A stretch of 63,866 nucleotides of DNA, the filler included, from Octopus bimaculoides (lineage: Eukaryota), in NCBI RefSeq assembly GCF_001194135.2. It is 4 parts of 4 records of this genome, joined end to end, with 100 filler letters (N's around TTAATTAATTAA, not from the genome) between each part and the next. Parts side by side here need not be neighbours in the genome. Positions count along the whole stretch, not along the records: positions 1 to 27,285 come from NC_068985.1; 3 more parts are not named here. One strand, 5' to 3'. Positions 1 through 13,304 of this stretch are shown here, in pieces. Position numbers and translations under genes: made by a program. The notes under the pieces are model-generated. The model ran no database searches. It was not told the DNA's origin and saw only the letters and a program-made list of their open reading frames with translations. Numbering within the stretch: position 1 is the stretch's first letter; every line of letters begins with the position of its first letter.

Positions 1-614
1 ACATATATATACACATATACACACACATGCATACATATATGCATAGATATACATATATAAGCAAATATATATATAGATATGTGTTTGTCTGCGTGTGTGT
101 GTGTGTGTGTCCTCGTAATTTTTACTTATTTATATACTTCTTAGTACCGTATAAAATTTTACTCGGCCTAGAAACGAAAAAGGTTGCTGTATTCGGTGAT
201 TTAGTTTAGAAAAGTTATTTCCCTTGTGTGTTTTTTTTTTGTTGTTGTTGTCTCCTAAGAGTTACTTACCTTGCTAAGAAAAACAGTTGTGAGCAAAAGT
301 TTTGGTATCGATATAAAGTACGTAAATACTTGAATAAATAAATAAATAAACAAATGTCAGATTCAATGAATGATTATGAATCTAAGTGCTTTCGTCAAGT
401 AACGTATTGAAGTTCACTCGATTCACTCAATTGTACATTTTTGCTGCAAAGACTCCAATGATGTTGAGACGTTTCGTTATTAGCCAATATTATCGGAACT
501 GCTTCATGAACAGTTACGTACAATTCTGAGTTAGTTTGTAAAAAATTTTCTGCTTTAAGAAAGCAGTTTATACTACCCATACATGTAAACAGTTTTTACA
601 CTATTTATATATAG

Positions 615-816
615 TCATAGATTGGCGATTCGGTTCGTCCCTGCTTCGATTCAGGTACGTGTTGTTGATAAACCACAAAAATGGCGAAATATCCATCAAT
701 CCTGAATGGGATCCGTCTGTTGCTTTCAGGTGTTTTAACACCCTGTGCAATGAAGGAGTCGTCCTTGGCGTGCTTTACCGCGGTGAACCGGCGAACAAAC
801 AAAACACATGCATTGA
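615..816 (+). CDS. Two candidate small exons (615-654, 730-816) separated by a 75-nt GT-AG intron; product unknown
   Basis: tatag|TC...TTC AG|gtacgt, then ttgctttcag|G...ATT GA|gtatgt. Spliced frame open: IDWRFGSSLLRFRCFNTLCNEGVVLGVLYRGEPANKQNTCI. No homology recognised. Confidence 0.3.
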
Positions 817-1179
817 GTATGTGCAGCCGATAATGTTTGCGTGTGTGTGTGTGCGTGTGTGTGTGCGTGTGTGTATGCCTGTGTGTATATGCAGACACAC
901 ACTCACACACACACGCACACACACACATACATATAACTTAACCTGGGCCATATCTGACGTGAGAGCATCACCCGATAGGATCGGTTAAGTCAGTTTTAAG
1001 ACAAGTTTTGAGGCCACATGACTTGTCTTAAAAATAAGTAGATTTTTGGGATTGATGGTCACCTATTGGAACCAGTCAGTATCATGTGCTTAGTCCGTTA
1101 CCTTTGGCTCCTTTCTTTTCTTTTATATGTACTGACTGTGTAGCCACTGCTCCGGAAAATATAACATTAACAGGCATCC

Positions 1180-1920
1180 TGCGAAAACTACAGGGACAAT
1201 GTCACCATCACGGTGTGGAACACCAAACACATAGGCACTGCTCTAAAGAGCTATAGGGCGGTGGCAGGAGTAAAAATCAATTTAGAAAAATCAGTGGGCT
1301 TATTTGCCCAGTTCACACCTCACTGCACAAGAGCTCCTGCCCTTCTGCTTTATGCAAAGGGGACGGGGTGGGTGTTTCACAGGTCAGACACCGCATTTGT
1401 TGTCAACACTCAATGGAGGACTGTGCATGCTTTGGACGATGATATGCACACCTGTGTTGAGACTGTGACGTCTCCAACGTTTCCTTCACGTGAGCAGGTG
1501 AGGACGCTGCTTGTAAAATTCGCTTTTTCAGAGCTCGTCTCTTCGACTGAACTGCAGTCCTGAATCAAACGTCGGCAGATGCAAGGCACCTGGAATATAA
1601 TGAGTCATAGAGTGGCCAAAGCCCACCATCAGTCGGGATACGCTGTCGGTGGAAGTCTCACTTTTAACTTTGTGTAGATGATAAGTGGCGGGGAAGAGCG
1701 ATGACCTTCTTCGAGGAGATCCTAGCTGAGCGCTTTCAGACTGGATCTTATGGATAATGTCCAAAAATCTCTGGCTTGGCTGACGTAACAGAGAGGATTG
1801 CCGATTTTAGATAAATTCTACAGGAATGAAAGTACAATAAGCCGGGCCTGATCGAGATGTCCCAGCATTGCTGACTTGTGAAGCTATCTGCTATCCGATA
1901 TGGGCCGGATTCAACTATAC

Positions 1921-1987
<67 letters not shown>

Positions 1988-2210
1988 GGTGAGTGGATGT
2001 GTATCGGGTGTGTGTGTGTACGTGATTAAAGACTCCATATTGGCCACAGAGCTCAGTGAAGAACTTAAGTATTTAAGGTGTCTGATTACTTCTAGCCAAT
2101 GCAAATGACTTGTAGGAGATATCTTTGATGAAATGCCCCAATAAATTGACCTGATAAATATTGATATTCCGTGTCTCGCCGGCATTGGATGAAATATGTG
2201 TAGCAATATC
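1180..2210 (+). mobile_element. Degenerate Tx1/L1-clade LINE fragments (RT and zf-RVT region)
   Basis: DNVTITVWNTKHIGTALKSYRAVAGVKINLEKSVGL (RT YADD region) and MDNVQKSLAW..RGLPILDKFYRNESTISRA*SRCP (zinc-binding region), with stops and a (TG)n insertion. Confidence 0.7.
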
Positions 2211-3915
2211 TTCTTGTTTGTTTCCATTTCTACTGCTTATGTTTCGAAGGGAGACTCGTTAAAATTATTCCTTGACCTCATGCTTTCATGAAATAACACT
2301 AAGCAACGTTTTTGGAGTATCAATCATTCAGAACGGAAGTTTAAACTCAAAATACTTTTAACAGACAGACAGACGAAATGGATTATCAAATATAAATGAT
2401 ACATTTAATTCGTCTAAATCAAATCAGGCCAAAAATCTTATTGTAAACAAAATCAACACGTCGAGACACACGTCGCGATAACTGCTTTAATTTTAACATT
2501 AGTGTTTCAAAACCTAGGGCTAGGCTACGAGAGATGCGTTCTCACATGATAAATGACAATTCATCCAGAATTCAAACCTTGATTGTTGATGAATACTGAA
2601 ATATATTTAAAATTCTACAAGTGGTTGTGCAAGTCATTGTTCCAAAAAAAAACAAGCTATTAAAAACAAATATAAGAAGGATTTTCCAAATTAAAAATAG
2701 GTAAGGCAAATGGATTAGCAGCGAATAGGCGAAAAGACATCTAATCAAGTGTCCTAAGAACAGCTTACAAGACTCTAACACTCCTGCAGCATATCTCGGC
2801 AAAAGCATTGCAAAATTCTTCGCAAAGCGCTTATGCTAGATAATCATAATCCATGCAAACATCCTGAGTAAGAGTAGGTTCCTAGAAAAGTAAAATTATA
2901 TTTATACGAAGAATAATTTCAGATTCAACAAAGCCAATACACTCACAAGACATCAGAAATATATTTGAACAGCAGTTTGGAGTCACCAAATTCAAAACCT
3001 TTATCTCTAAACTATATCAACTGAAATGATTATTCTATGTATTGTAACGCCAAATGTTGAATAGGTTGCTTACAAGATCACCTAGATGTGTTAGATGTAG
3101 CTTCAAGATAAATAACTCAAATTCTGTAAAGAGATATTTCATATATACGAGTATAAGTATAGATACACAAATACATGTGCTCATACGTATATATATATGC
3201 AGGATGTTTGTATTTAATTTGTTGACTTAAAGTTGATTAATAAGCGACAGACGAGATAAAATACGCATAGGTTGCTCAAGTTATTTCCAAGAAAAGAATG
3301 TGATCAAACGTTAAAATGGAAATTATATTCAGGTTTAAGTGCTTTTAAATAATATATGCGCATATGAAGTTATTTCATATTTGAGAGAGAAATCAGTGTT
3401 ATCGAAACAGAAACCAGTAGAAAATCAAATAATCGTTTCTAAAATAGGAACAAAACTGAAGCACCGAACTAACGCATTATATAATCGGCCGCACATAAAT
3501 AGAAGCAAAGTTGACCTAAGCGGAATTTGAACTCATAACGTAAGAAGACTAAGTAAAAACCATAAGACAGTTTTTGTCCATCGTTATCGATTCTGCTAAT
3601 CCAAGCAATATGGCATGGCAATATCAGATGGGGGAGTTGGTAAATAAGTTGTCTTGCGGTATTTAATTACATGTCTATACATTCTGAGTTCAAATCGTGC
3701 CTAGATCGATATTATTTATTTTATATCGGTTTCGATAAAACCATACACGGATCACGTATTAATCCACTCTAACACCTCCACCCCCCACTTCCATAGATTA
3801 TGTGGCATAACATACAATGCTAGGGATCAATATTACATACGAATTCATATACATGTATGTGCATACAGATATGTACATACATTTACATATATGTATGTGT
3901 GTGTGTGGGTACATG

Positions 3916-3955
<40 letters not shown>

Positions 3956-4196
3956 ACGTATCTACGTATAGTATATTTACATATATGTAATATATGTGTA
4001 ATATTGATACGCACGTACATATATACATAGATGCGTACTTATGTATGTATGTATGTATTTACGTATGTATGTATGTATGTACCTACCTATCTATCTACCT
4101 ATCTATCTATCTATGTACATACATATATACGTAAATCCATATTATATACATATATATATATTTATTTTACATACCATTATATATATGCATGCATAA

Positions 4197-4236
<40 letters not shown>

Positions 4237-4605
4237 ACAAACACACATATATATTATAATATTATATAAAGTGAGAGTATGATATCCAGTATGTTATTTA
4301 TATATGAAAACATACATACATATAAATGCGTGTGTATGTGTGTATACATTGTAATCTGTAACTATAAGCGTCAATATCTGCCAATCTGTCTTGAAACATC
4401 ATGCAAATCACACACTAAATCATTACCAAATTTCATATCGCAGTTAGATTTCATGCAACCCAGTATGAGACAAAAAAGAGAAACTGAACATTATAAGAGT
4501 AATAGTTAAGTATGCTTGTCCTGGAAATAACAATTTCTCGTGATAAAATTAGTTTTTTCTTTCTCCTTCACTGTTTCTTCAAGTTCTTTCTTTCTTACTC
4601 AGACA

Positions 4606-4760
4606 CACACTCACACAACACACACACTCGCACGGCACACACACTCACACAACACACACACTCGCACGGCATACACACTCACACAACACACACACTCGCA
4701 CGGCATACACACTCACACAACACACACACTCGCACGGCATACACATTCACACAACTCACA
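4606..4760. repeat. 34-bp minisatellite, about 4.5 copies
   Basis: Unit CACACTCACACAACACACACACTCGCACGGCA(C/T)A repeated in tandem. Confidence 0.85.
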
Positions 4761-4850
4761 TTCACACTTCCCCGTGCATTCCTTTCATTGTGTATGAAGA
4801 AAATACATAATACTCAGGTGCACACCTAAAGTGTATATATACATACATGC

Positions 4851-4962
<112 letters not shown>

Positions 4963-5168
4963 AGCATACATAAACTTGCAAAAGGTAATCAAGTGCAGGT
5001 AGTATTGAATCGTTAGCCAGAAATTCAGTCTTGAAAGTATGTGTTCTTAACTTGTGTCATTTAAGAAATTTAATTCTCTACTTCCAACAATATTAACGTC
5101 TACTTCTTCTGTTGTTGCACATGTGTGTTATGGATGCATATATATATGTATGTGTATATATAGGTATA

Positions 5169-7280
5169 CAGAGCAACCTCGGCTCTCGACCATAATTTGT
5201 TCTGAAAGTGTGTTCTAAAACCGAATTGTTCGAGAACCGAATCATTTTTTCCCATTACAATTAATGTAAAAGAGATTAATTCGTTTCCAAGCGCTACATG
5301 AATGCTTATTTACACGCTTACACTATATATTTTAGTATAAAGACGTTTATTCAAACTGTAAGTGACACACAAAAGTGTGTTATTTCTCAGAAAGGGAGTC
5401 CCCTTCCATGAAAACTTCTGGTAACTGTCTTTCGGGGGTTTCTTCCCTTCTCTGTCTCTTTGGCTCAGGTAAGTCTTTCTCTGGGGTTTCTTTTCTTTTT
5501 CTGTCAGTAAAAACCTGTCCAATGTTAGTTTTATTGCCTGGGTTGTAAAATTTTTCTAAAAGGAACATGACATTGTCATTGAAAAGGTTCACTGCTCTAT
5601 AAGGGTGATATTTTTCCCCAAAATTTTACACATCACCCCATTTAGTACAAATTTCCTTGAATAAAGAACCTGGGACATCCTCCTTTCCTTCTCTTCCTCG
5701 GAAGACATTTCCTCAGCCAAAGTCTTTTGCTGTTCATTTTGAAGGTATACTAGTTCTTCGGTGGTAAGCTCAGTACGATGGTCTTCCACCAGCTCTTCAA
5801 TATCTTCGCTGCCGACATCGAAGCCCATAGTTTTTCCCATAGAGACAATATCATCAACAATAGCAATTTCCTCGACAGTAGCAGTACGTGTAGCTGTTTC
5901 AAACCCCTCAAAGTTTCGTTCCGGTACACAGTCTGGCCTAAGTTTCCTCCATGCTGAATTCATGGGTCTGTAACTCACTTGGTTCCATGCATTGTCAATA
6001 AGATTAGCACAATTCAGGATATTGAAATGATGATTTCAAAATACTCCGAGAATTAACTGAGTGTCATCGTGACTTGAAAACACTTTCGAAACGGCTTTTG
6101 TGTAAAGTTTCTTAAAGTTTGCAATGACCTGTTGGTCAATTGGGTGTATTAGAGGAGTTGTGTTAGGTGGCAGGTATTTGACCTGAATAAAATCAAACTC
6201 TTCAACTGAGTCATCCTCCAAACCTGGAGAGTGAGCGGGAGCAATGTCTAACACCAGAAAAAGGCATTTTAGTGGCAAGTTTTTTGGGGGGTTTTATTTT
6301 CAGATACTTTTTAACACACGGGGCAAAAACTTTATGAATCTACCCAATAAAAAATTGTCTGGTTACCCAAGCCTTCGTATTAGCCCGCCACATAACAGGC
6401 AATTTACTCTTCATAACATTGTTTCTTTTAAAAGTCCTCGGATTATCGGAATGGTAAACAAGCAATGGCTTGACCTCGAAATCGCCACTTGCGTTGCAGC
6501 AGAGCAAAAGGGTGAGTCTATCTTTCATTGGCTTGTGCACTGGCAACGCTTTTTCCTCCTCACTAATATAGGTCCTATTAGGAATTCGTTTCCAAAATAA
6601 TCCTGTTTTATCCCCGTAAAACACCTGTTGGGGGAGATAACATCCTTCCTTTATCAAGTCACTAAACCCAATCACAAATTTCTCAGCTGCTTCCTTGTTT
6701 GAACTCGCCGCCTCCTCATACTTAATTACAGTATATTTCAATTCTCTTCTTAAATTTCTCGAACCACCCTCTACTAGCTTTGAATTCAAAAGTATCACTT
6801 TCAGAACTTATACCAGGGTTTTTCTTTACTAAATCATAAATAATTTCTAATGCTTCCTCACAAACAAATGCTTCACTGATATCGTCACCTGCTAACTGTT
6901 TCTCATCTATAAAAATAAGCCATAACTTTTCCACTTCTTCGAATATCTTTGGTCTTTGTTTATTAATAACAGTCGCTCCTTTTGCAACAACAGCTCCTTT
7001 TATCACTTCCTTATCTTTTTTAAATAGTAGATATTTTCGATTTAGGCACACCGTACTGCACAGCGAGATCTGACACACGAACGCCATTTTTGTGTTTTGC
7101 GATGATTTCTTTCGTTCACTTCATTTGTTTCTCTCTCAACGTTTCTTTTCCTTTTACCAGTATCACTGCTAGCTTCCTTTGGAGCCATGACTAACGGCTA
7201 AGGAAGAGAAAGAAGGCACAGTACAATAAAACTGGAAATGAACAGCACAGCACAATACACGAATGTATACAACACGGCAG
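5169..7280 (-). mobile_element. Tigger/pogo-type DNA transposon, transposase pseudogene
   Basis: Frameshifted ORFs: CENP-B HTH (EKLWLIFIDEKQ...FKASRGWFEKFKKR), DDE_1 (QVFYGDKTGLFWK...KDRLTLLLCCNASG; LVLDIAPAH; LPPNTTPLIHPIDQQVIANFK). TIR-like end TA|CAGAGCAACCTCGG at 5169. Confidence 0.9.
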
Positions 7281-7285
7281 TCATA

Positions 7286-7440
7286 GGCGCAGGAATGGCC
7301 GTGCTTCCGGGCCGAGTTCAAGCCACATGCTTCCGGGTCGAGTTCTACTGCGGGGCCTCTTGGGGAAATGTCTACTATAGCCTCAGGCCGACCAGAGCCT
7401 TGTGAGTGGATTTTGTAGACGGAAACTGAAAGAAGCCGTC

Positions 7441-7504
<64 letters not shown>

Positions 7505-7745
7505 ACACACACACACATACATACACACACACACACATGTATGTATGTATTTGTGTGTCTGTGTTTGTCCCCCACCGTCGCTTGACAACCGACGTTGGTG
7601 TGGTTACGTCCCCATAACTTAGTGGTTCGGCAAAGGTGTCCCATAGATAGAATAAGTCCTGGGGTTGATTTGTTCGACTAAAGGCGGTGCTCAAGCATAG
7701 CCGCAGTCAAATGACTGAAACAAGTAAAAGAATAAAAGAATAAAA
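7286..7745 (+). mobile_element. SINE family A (tRNA-derived, internal microsatellite)
   Basis: GGCGCAGGA(A/G)TGGC head, GTGGATTT.GTAGACGGAAACTGAAAGAAGCC core, GCAGTCAAATGACTGAAACAAGTAAAAGA tail. Near-identical copies at 9521-9905, 32782-33195 and 40048-40332. Confidence 0.85.
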
Positions 7746-7991
7746 ATTTATGTATAAAATAAAAGAAGAAAAATGCACACAGTTTACATAGTTTTAATGT
7801 ATTTTTTAATATATTTTATAAGTGAAAAAGTATTGCGTCTGTCGACCGGTTTCGCTTTCACTAATCATGACATTGAAATTATTGTAATTTCGTATTCTCA
7901 TAGCCCGTGTTGTGTATAGGAGTTTGTGAATGAAATGAAGCCAATGGTTTAGAAATGTGAACCCCCAAACTGAAGAACATGCCCCAACCTG

Positions 7992-8336
7992 TTGGAAGGC
8001 TCGGAATTCTTATTCAAACAAGGAGAGACGTTCACAATTAAGACCAACTTCACTTGTACTTTCGAGAATCTAATTTATGTCATAACTTGTTCAGGTTGTG
8101 GACGTAACTATATAGAACAGAGAAGTATAGCACTTAGACGGAGACCCACACTACATAAGGAACAGATCTGTCTCCCAGAGTACAGACAGATTCCTTTGAG
8201 TGAACATAGAGATGTACATGTAATATTCAGCCAAACCTCGCAGTTTTCCCCATCTACCAGTGCAAACAAACGATTTCTGTACAAGAACGTTTTAGTTATC
8301 GAAAAATACAGAACACGCCTAAATATGAACGCCTAA
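7992..8336 (+). mobile_element. Penelope-like element, GIY-YIG endonuclease fragment
   Basis: FTIKTNFTCTFENLIYVITCSGCGRNYIEQ...RPTLHKEQI: CCHH-flanked GIY-YIG pattern typical of PLEs, degenerate. Confidence 0.75.
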
Positions 8337-8974
8337 TCAACTTTGGTCTCAGTATATATTTTAATTTATGTTCACATACCCAACACTATAAATACTTCAT
8401 CTCACTACTTTAGCTTTTGAGTTTTTTATATTTATTTATGCCCTTCCCAAGACATGAGCAATTACCTCCCCTGTCCTGAATATTAACGATCACTAATGAC
8501 CTCCCTAAAATCTTCTTAAGGGAATACGTATTACAATATCTTTCAATGTCATAATTAGCGAAAGCGAAACCAATTGACAAACAATACTCTTTCAATTATA
8601 AAAAATATATCAAATCTCGGTAAACTCTGTGCATTTTCCTTCTTTTATTTTATATATGTATTTTTTGTATTTCAACTCAACACGTGGGAATAATCGAAAT
8701 TCTCCTCCTCCCTTTTTCTTACTATACATATGTATGTATGTATGTATAATGATATATAATGATATCCAAGGGTCCACGTGTAGGAAGTTAGTAAGCATCA
8801 AGCTGTCTGTAGAAGGTATAAAAACAACTTTCAGGAACAATAATGCTTTATTAACGTAGTAGTTTCTAAATTTTCCCCATGTCGAACTTCGATCAGCTGA
8901 AAAAAGTTACTTTCTAGTTCACGGTTAGTAACTGGGGTTGCTATGTATGCGAATAAAAATCCAAATTGAGAGAC

Positions 8975-9205
8975 TGGAGCAGGTAAAATCCAGGCTACAT
9001 ATGTTTCCTAGCTAGCAAAACCTCTGAAGTAATAATTGCTCAACGAGGGGTACTCCACTAGCTATTCATCAGGCCGAAGACACCTTAGTTAAATGAAAGT
9101 TACATTTTCGTCAAGGCATTCCAAATCACATCTTGAAATCAAATCTTCTTCCGAGGTTCTGCTAGCTAGGTAACATATGTAGCTTGGATTTTACTTGCTC
9201 TATTC
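8975..9205. mobile_element. MITE-like element with about 52-bp terminal inverted repeats
   Basis: GAGCAGGTAAAATCCAGGCTACATATGTTTCCTAGCTAGCAAAACCTCTGAAG is matched by the reverse complement of CTTCCGAGGTTCTGCTAGCTAGGTAACATATGTAGCTTGGATTTTACTTGCTC. Confidence 0.75.
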
Positions 9206-9520
9206 CCTAAATTTGTATATATATCAAAACAAGAGATTGGAAAAAAATGTTTTGCATCATTTCATCACAACTGTACGTGTTTCATTTGCTAATAAGAGTT
9301 ACAAAATTGTACATATAGGTTAAGCATTTAAGATATATCCAATTAGAAATTCTAGAGACATAGCATCAAATTATATTATTATATGATTCTCAGTTTAAAG
9401 AATTAACCCTATCTGCATTATATATAAATATATAGATATATATAGATATAGATAAACTTACTTAGAAATGGATATGTGGCGTTCAATCATATAATAATAT
9501 TAATAAAATGTATATATATG

Positions 9521-9905
9521 TGCTGTGGTAAGTAGCTTGCTTACCAACCACATGGTTCCGGGTTCAGTCCCACTGCGTGGCACCTTGGGCAAGTGTCTTC
9601 TACTATAGCCTCGGGCCGACCAAAGCCTTGTGAGTGGATTTGGTAGACGGAAACTGAAAGAAGCCCGTCGTATATAAGTATATGTGTGTGTGTGTGTTTG
9701 TGTGTCTGTGTTTGTCCCTCCAACATCGCTTGACAACCGATGCTGGTGTGTTTACGTCCCCGTAACTTAGCGGTTCGGCAAAAGAGACCGATAGAATAAG
9801 TACTAGGCTTACAAAGAATAAGTCCTGGGGTCAATTTGCTCGACTAAAGGCGGTGCTCCAGCATGGCTGCAGTCAACTGGCTGAAACAAGTAAAAGAGTA
9901 AAAGA
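9521..9905 (+). mobile_element. SINE family A copy
   Basis: Same sequence as 32782-33195 (GGTTCCGGGTTCAGTCCCACTGCGTGGCA B-box region). Confidence 0.85.
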
Positions 9906-10443
9906 GTATATATACATATATGTACATGCATACATATATATGTATATAGATGCATATATGGGTACGGGACGTCACAAAACGTAAACAACATGAAATACGA
10001 AGACAAACTTCGTATTTTATAGTATCTATAAAATGTGTGCGCGTGTGGGTACGTGTGTGCGTGGGTGTTAGATGTGCGTGGGTGAGATTTGTGTGAAGTT
10101 ATTATGATGATTTTAAGAGACAATGTGTATGTATATATGCAATAGATTTGAGTATGTGCGTGTGCGTGTTTCGTTCTTGCATTATTGCGCATGTCCTGTG
10201 CTCCTGCGTGTTTTGCAGTACGCTTCTGTATTTAGTTGTTGTGTACGTTGTTAGAGTCTAATACTTATGAATGTGAATGGTATGTTTGATTAGGAATGTG
10301 TCTATTCTCTGTGTGTTTGTGTGTCTGTGTGTGTATGTGTGTCTGTGTATGCGTGTTTGCCACTTAAATGTATGTGTGTGTTATTGGCTTTCAATCTGTG
10401 ATTGTTGTGGCGAGTGGATATGCGTGTTTGTGCGTGAGTGAGC

Positions 10444-10499
<56 letters not shown>

Positions 10500-11011
10500 N
10501 NNNNNNNNNNNNNNNNNNNNNNNNNNNNNNNNNNNNNNNNNNNNNNNNNNNNNNNNNNNNNNNNNNNNNNNNNNNNNNNNNNNNNNNNNNNNNNNNNNNN
10601 NNNNNNNNNNNNNNNNNNNNNNNNNNNNNNNNNNNNNNNNNNNNNNNNNNNNNNNNNNNNNNNNNNNNNNNNNNNNNNNNNNNNNNNNNNNNNNNNNNNN
10701 NNNNNNNNNNNNNNNNNNNNNNNNNNNNNNNNNNNNNNNNNNNNNNNNNNNNNNNNNNNNNNNNNNNNNNNNNNNNNNNNNNNNNNNNNNNNNNNNNNNN
10801 NNNNNNNNNNNNNNNNNNNNNNNNNNNNNNNNNNNNNNNNNNNNNNNNNNNNNNNNNNNNNNNNNNNNNNNNNNNNNNNNNNNNNNNNNNNNNNNNNNNN
10901 NNNNNNNNNNNNNNNNNNNNNNNNNNNNNNNNNNNNNNNNNNNNNNNNNNNNNNNNNNNNNNNNNNNNNNNNNNNNNNNNNNNNNNNNNNNNNNNNNNNN
11001 NNNNNNNNNNN

Positions 11012-11073
<62 letters not shown>

Positions 11074-11800
11074 TACGTGTGAGTTCGTGTGTGTGACCTG
11101 CTGCTTAGATTCGTGTTTCTGTACGAGTGTGTTTTATGAGTTTTAGGGGTGTAGTGTGAAAGCCTTACAATGGTATTATACGGTGCATATATGTATGCAT
11201 GTGTTTTTGTGTGTATGTAAGTAATGTATGTGTGTGAGTGTGTGAGTGCGTGTGTATTTTTGTGTGTGTGTGTGTGTTGCTCTGTTGATGTGTATGAGGC
11301 TCGAACCTTGTATATATAAATGCGTGAGTAATGTGTATGACACTATAATTGTACGACTGCATGCATCTGTGTGGGTACGTCTGCGTGTGATTTAAGAGTG
11401 TGCGATTGGCTCTTGCAGTTATATGTGTATGTCTGTATTCACGGAGGCGCTGTAGACGTTATGTGGAGAGTGTAATGTGTCTTTGTACGTTTGTGTTCAT
11501 GTCAGGTCGTTGACCAAATCCGGGGGAAGTCAATATGTGTGACCAATGCTGACAGTTCGTATGAGCTTCTAATATTACATGTATTAACTCAAATGAATTG
11601 AATATTATTCAATGGGCAATGCTATATTTAGTAAAAGCGAAACAAGACGCTTAAATAAATTAGGATATAAGAAATGAAGTAATATAATGTGAATAAATCT
11701 AAACTAATCAAATGTAAAGCATGCACACCCTCGTATACATACATACATACATACATACATGCATGCATACACGCATATACATACATATATGTATATACAT

Positions 11801-11853
<53 letters not shown>

Positions 11854-12327
11854 AATGCACGCAGTATAAAGATATTGCAATAAGAGCTACTAATAGTTTC
11901 TTGNNNNNNNNNNNNNNNNNNNNNNNNNNNNNNNNNNNNNNNNNNNNNNNNNNNNNNNNNNNNNNNNNNNNNNNNNNNNNNNNNNNNNNNNNNNNNNNNN
12001 NNNNNNNNNNNNNNNNNNNNNNNNNNNNNNNNNNNNNNNNNNNNNNNNNNNNNNNNNNNNNNNNNNNNNNNNNNNNNNNNNNNNNNNNNNNNNNNNNNNN
12101 NNNNNNNNNNNNNNNNNNNNNNNNNNNNNNNNNNNNNNNNNNNNNNNNNNNNNNNNNNNNNNNNNNNNNNNNNNNNNNNNNNNNNNNNNNNNNNNNNNNN
12201 NNNNNNNNNNNNNNNNNNNNNNNNNNNNNNNNNNNNNNNNNNNNNNNNNNNNNNNNTTTTTTTTCGCAAAATCTTTCATTGGGGATTTTTCTTTTCTAAG
12301 TTGTTTATATGTCTGTTCGAGCGTATC

Positions 12328-12456
12328 AACCCTGAACCCCAACTCTAAGCCTTAACTTTAACCCTATACAAAACCCAAATTCTCGCCCTAAACAATAATC
12401 CTAAAACCTTACTCTAACCCTAAACCCTAATTCTAACCCTTAGCCTAAACCCTAAT
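12328..12456. repeat. Degenerate (CCCTAA)n-like tract
   Basis: Multiple AACCCT(A/G)A variants, e.g. CTCTAACCCTAAACCCTAATTCTAACCCTTAGCCTAAACCCTAA. Confidence 0.65.
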
Positions 12457-13080
12457 ATACACCTTGTTTTGCAATATTTCGCAAAAAAAATCGAGGTTTT
12501 TTTTTTCATTTAAAAATTATTTATATGCTTGTTCGACCGTTTCGCATGACTTTATACATTAAAACTTATTAAAACCTCAAAACTTCTTTCAATTCTCTTC
12601 GTCGTAATATCTTTTTTTTTTTTATTTTCTGATAGACAGCTTTCACGCAGAAAATGCCAGCTTCCAAATCCTATTTCTGACTAGCTAAAAATTATCAAAC
12701 TTTAAATTGCTGTAACAGTTTTCTAAAATTTTTCTGAAACAAGTGATAACAAAGTCAGTTTCCGCATGTAAAATTACATCAATATACGAAATTTGAAAAG
12801 TTTCATTTAATTTTAAAATTTCAAAAACTGTGTCAGCTACAGAAAACCCACTGTTTTGTTTTTTTTTTTCTGTTTTCGACGTACCAAATTAATATGAGCT
12901 TTTCTTTTCATCTCTCCTGTCCCTTTTCTCTTTCCACTCGACCAATATGCCTGTTCTCAAATTCTTCCTTCATGACTTTCGTACCCTTTTAAGCAATCCT
13001 TCACTCTCTTCTTCAAGTAATATCCAGCCATACCGCCAAATTTCTTAACTACTATTTAAAATTACCCGCTATCCCATATA

Positions 13081-13304
13081 TACGATGGGGTGCTGAAAAT
13101 TCCTGGCTTTGGGAAAAAGAAAATGCAGGAGAATCAGTTAATTATGATTTTATTCAAAATATTCCCCTCTCAGATTCACATGCTTATTGCAGCAGTCCTT
13201 CTGTTTTATTTTTTAAGCTCTGTAAAAGAACTTGGAAGGTTAACCCTCCAATCAGGCTTTTCACGATATCCTTAAAGCTATGGACTTTTCAGTACCCCTT
13301 CGTA
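13081..13304. mobile_element. Mariner-derived MITE with TA target duplication
   Basis: TA|CGATGGGGTGCTGAAAATTCCTGGCTTT at left, reverse-complement match AAAGCTATGGACTTTTCAGTACCCCTTCG|TA at right. Confidence 0.75.

Noticed and set aside
1528-1764. Minus ORF containing VGFGHSM, a possible hydrolase nucleophile motif
   Set aside because: Lacks the second Gly of GxSxG, lies 3' of the hydrolase stop, and is antisense to a Tx1 LINE remnant.
4606-4760. Regular repeat as a CRISPR-like array
   Set aside because: No unique spacers, eukaryotic context and no cas genes.
9040-9080. CTGATGA motifs as further hammerheads (also ~29336, ~51215)
   Set aside because: No helix II followed by GAAA downstream.
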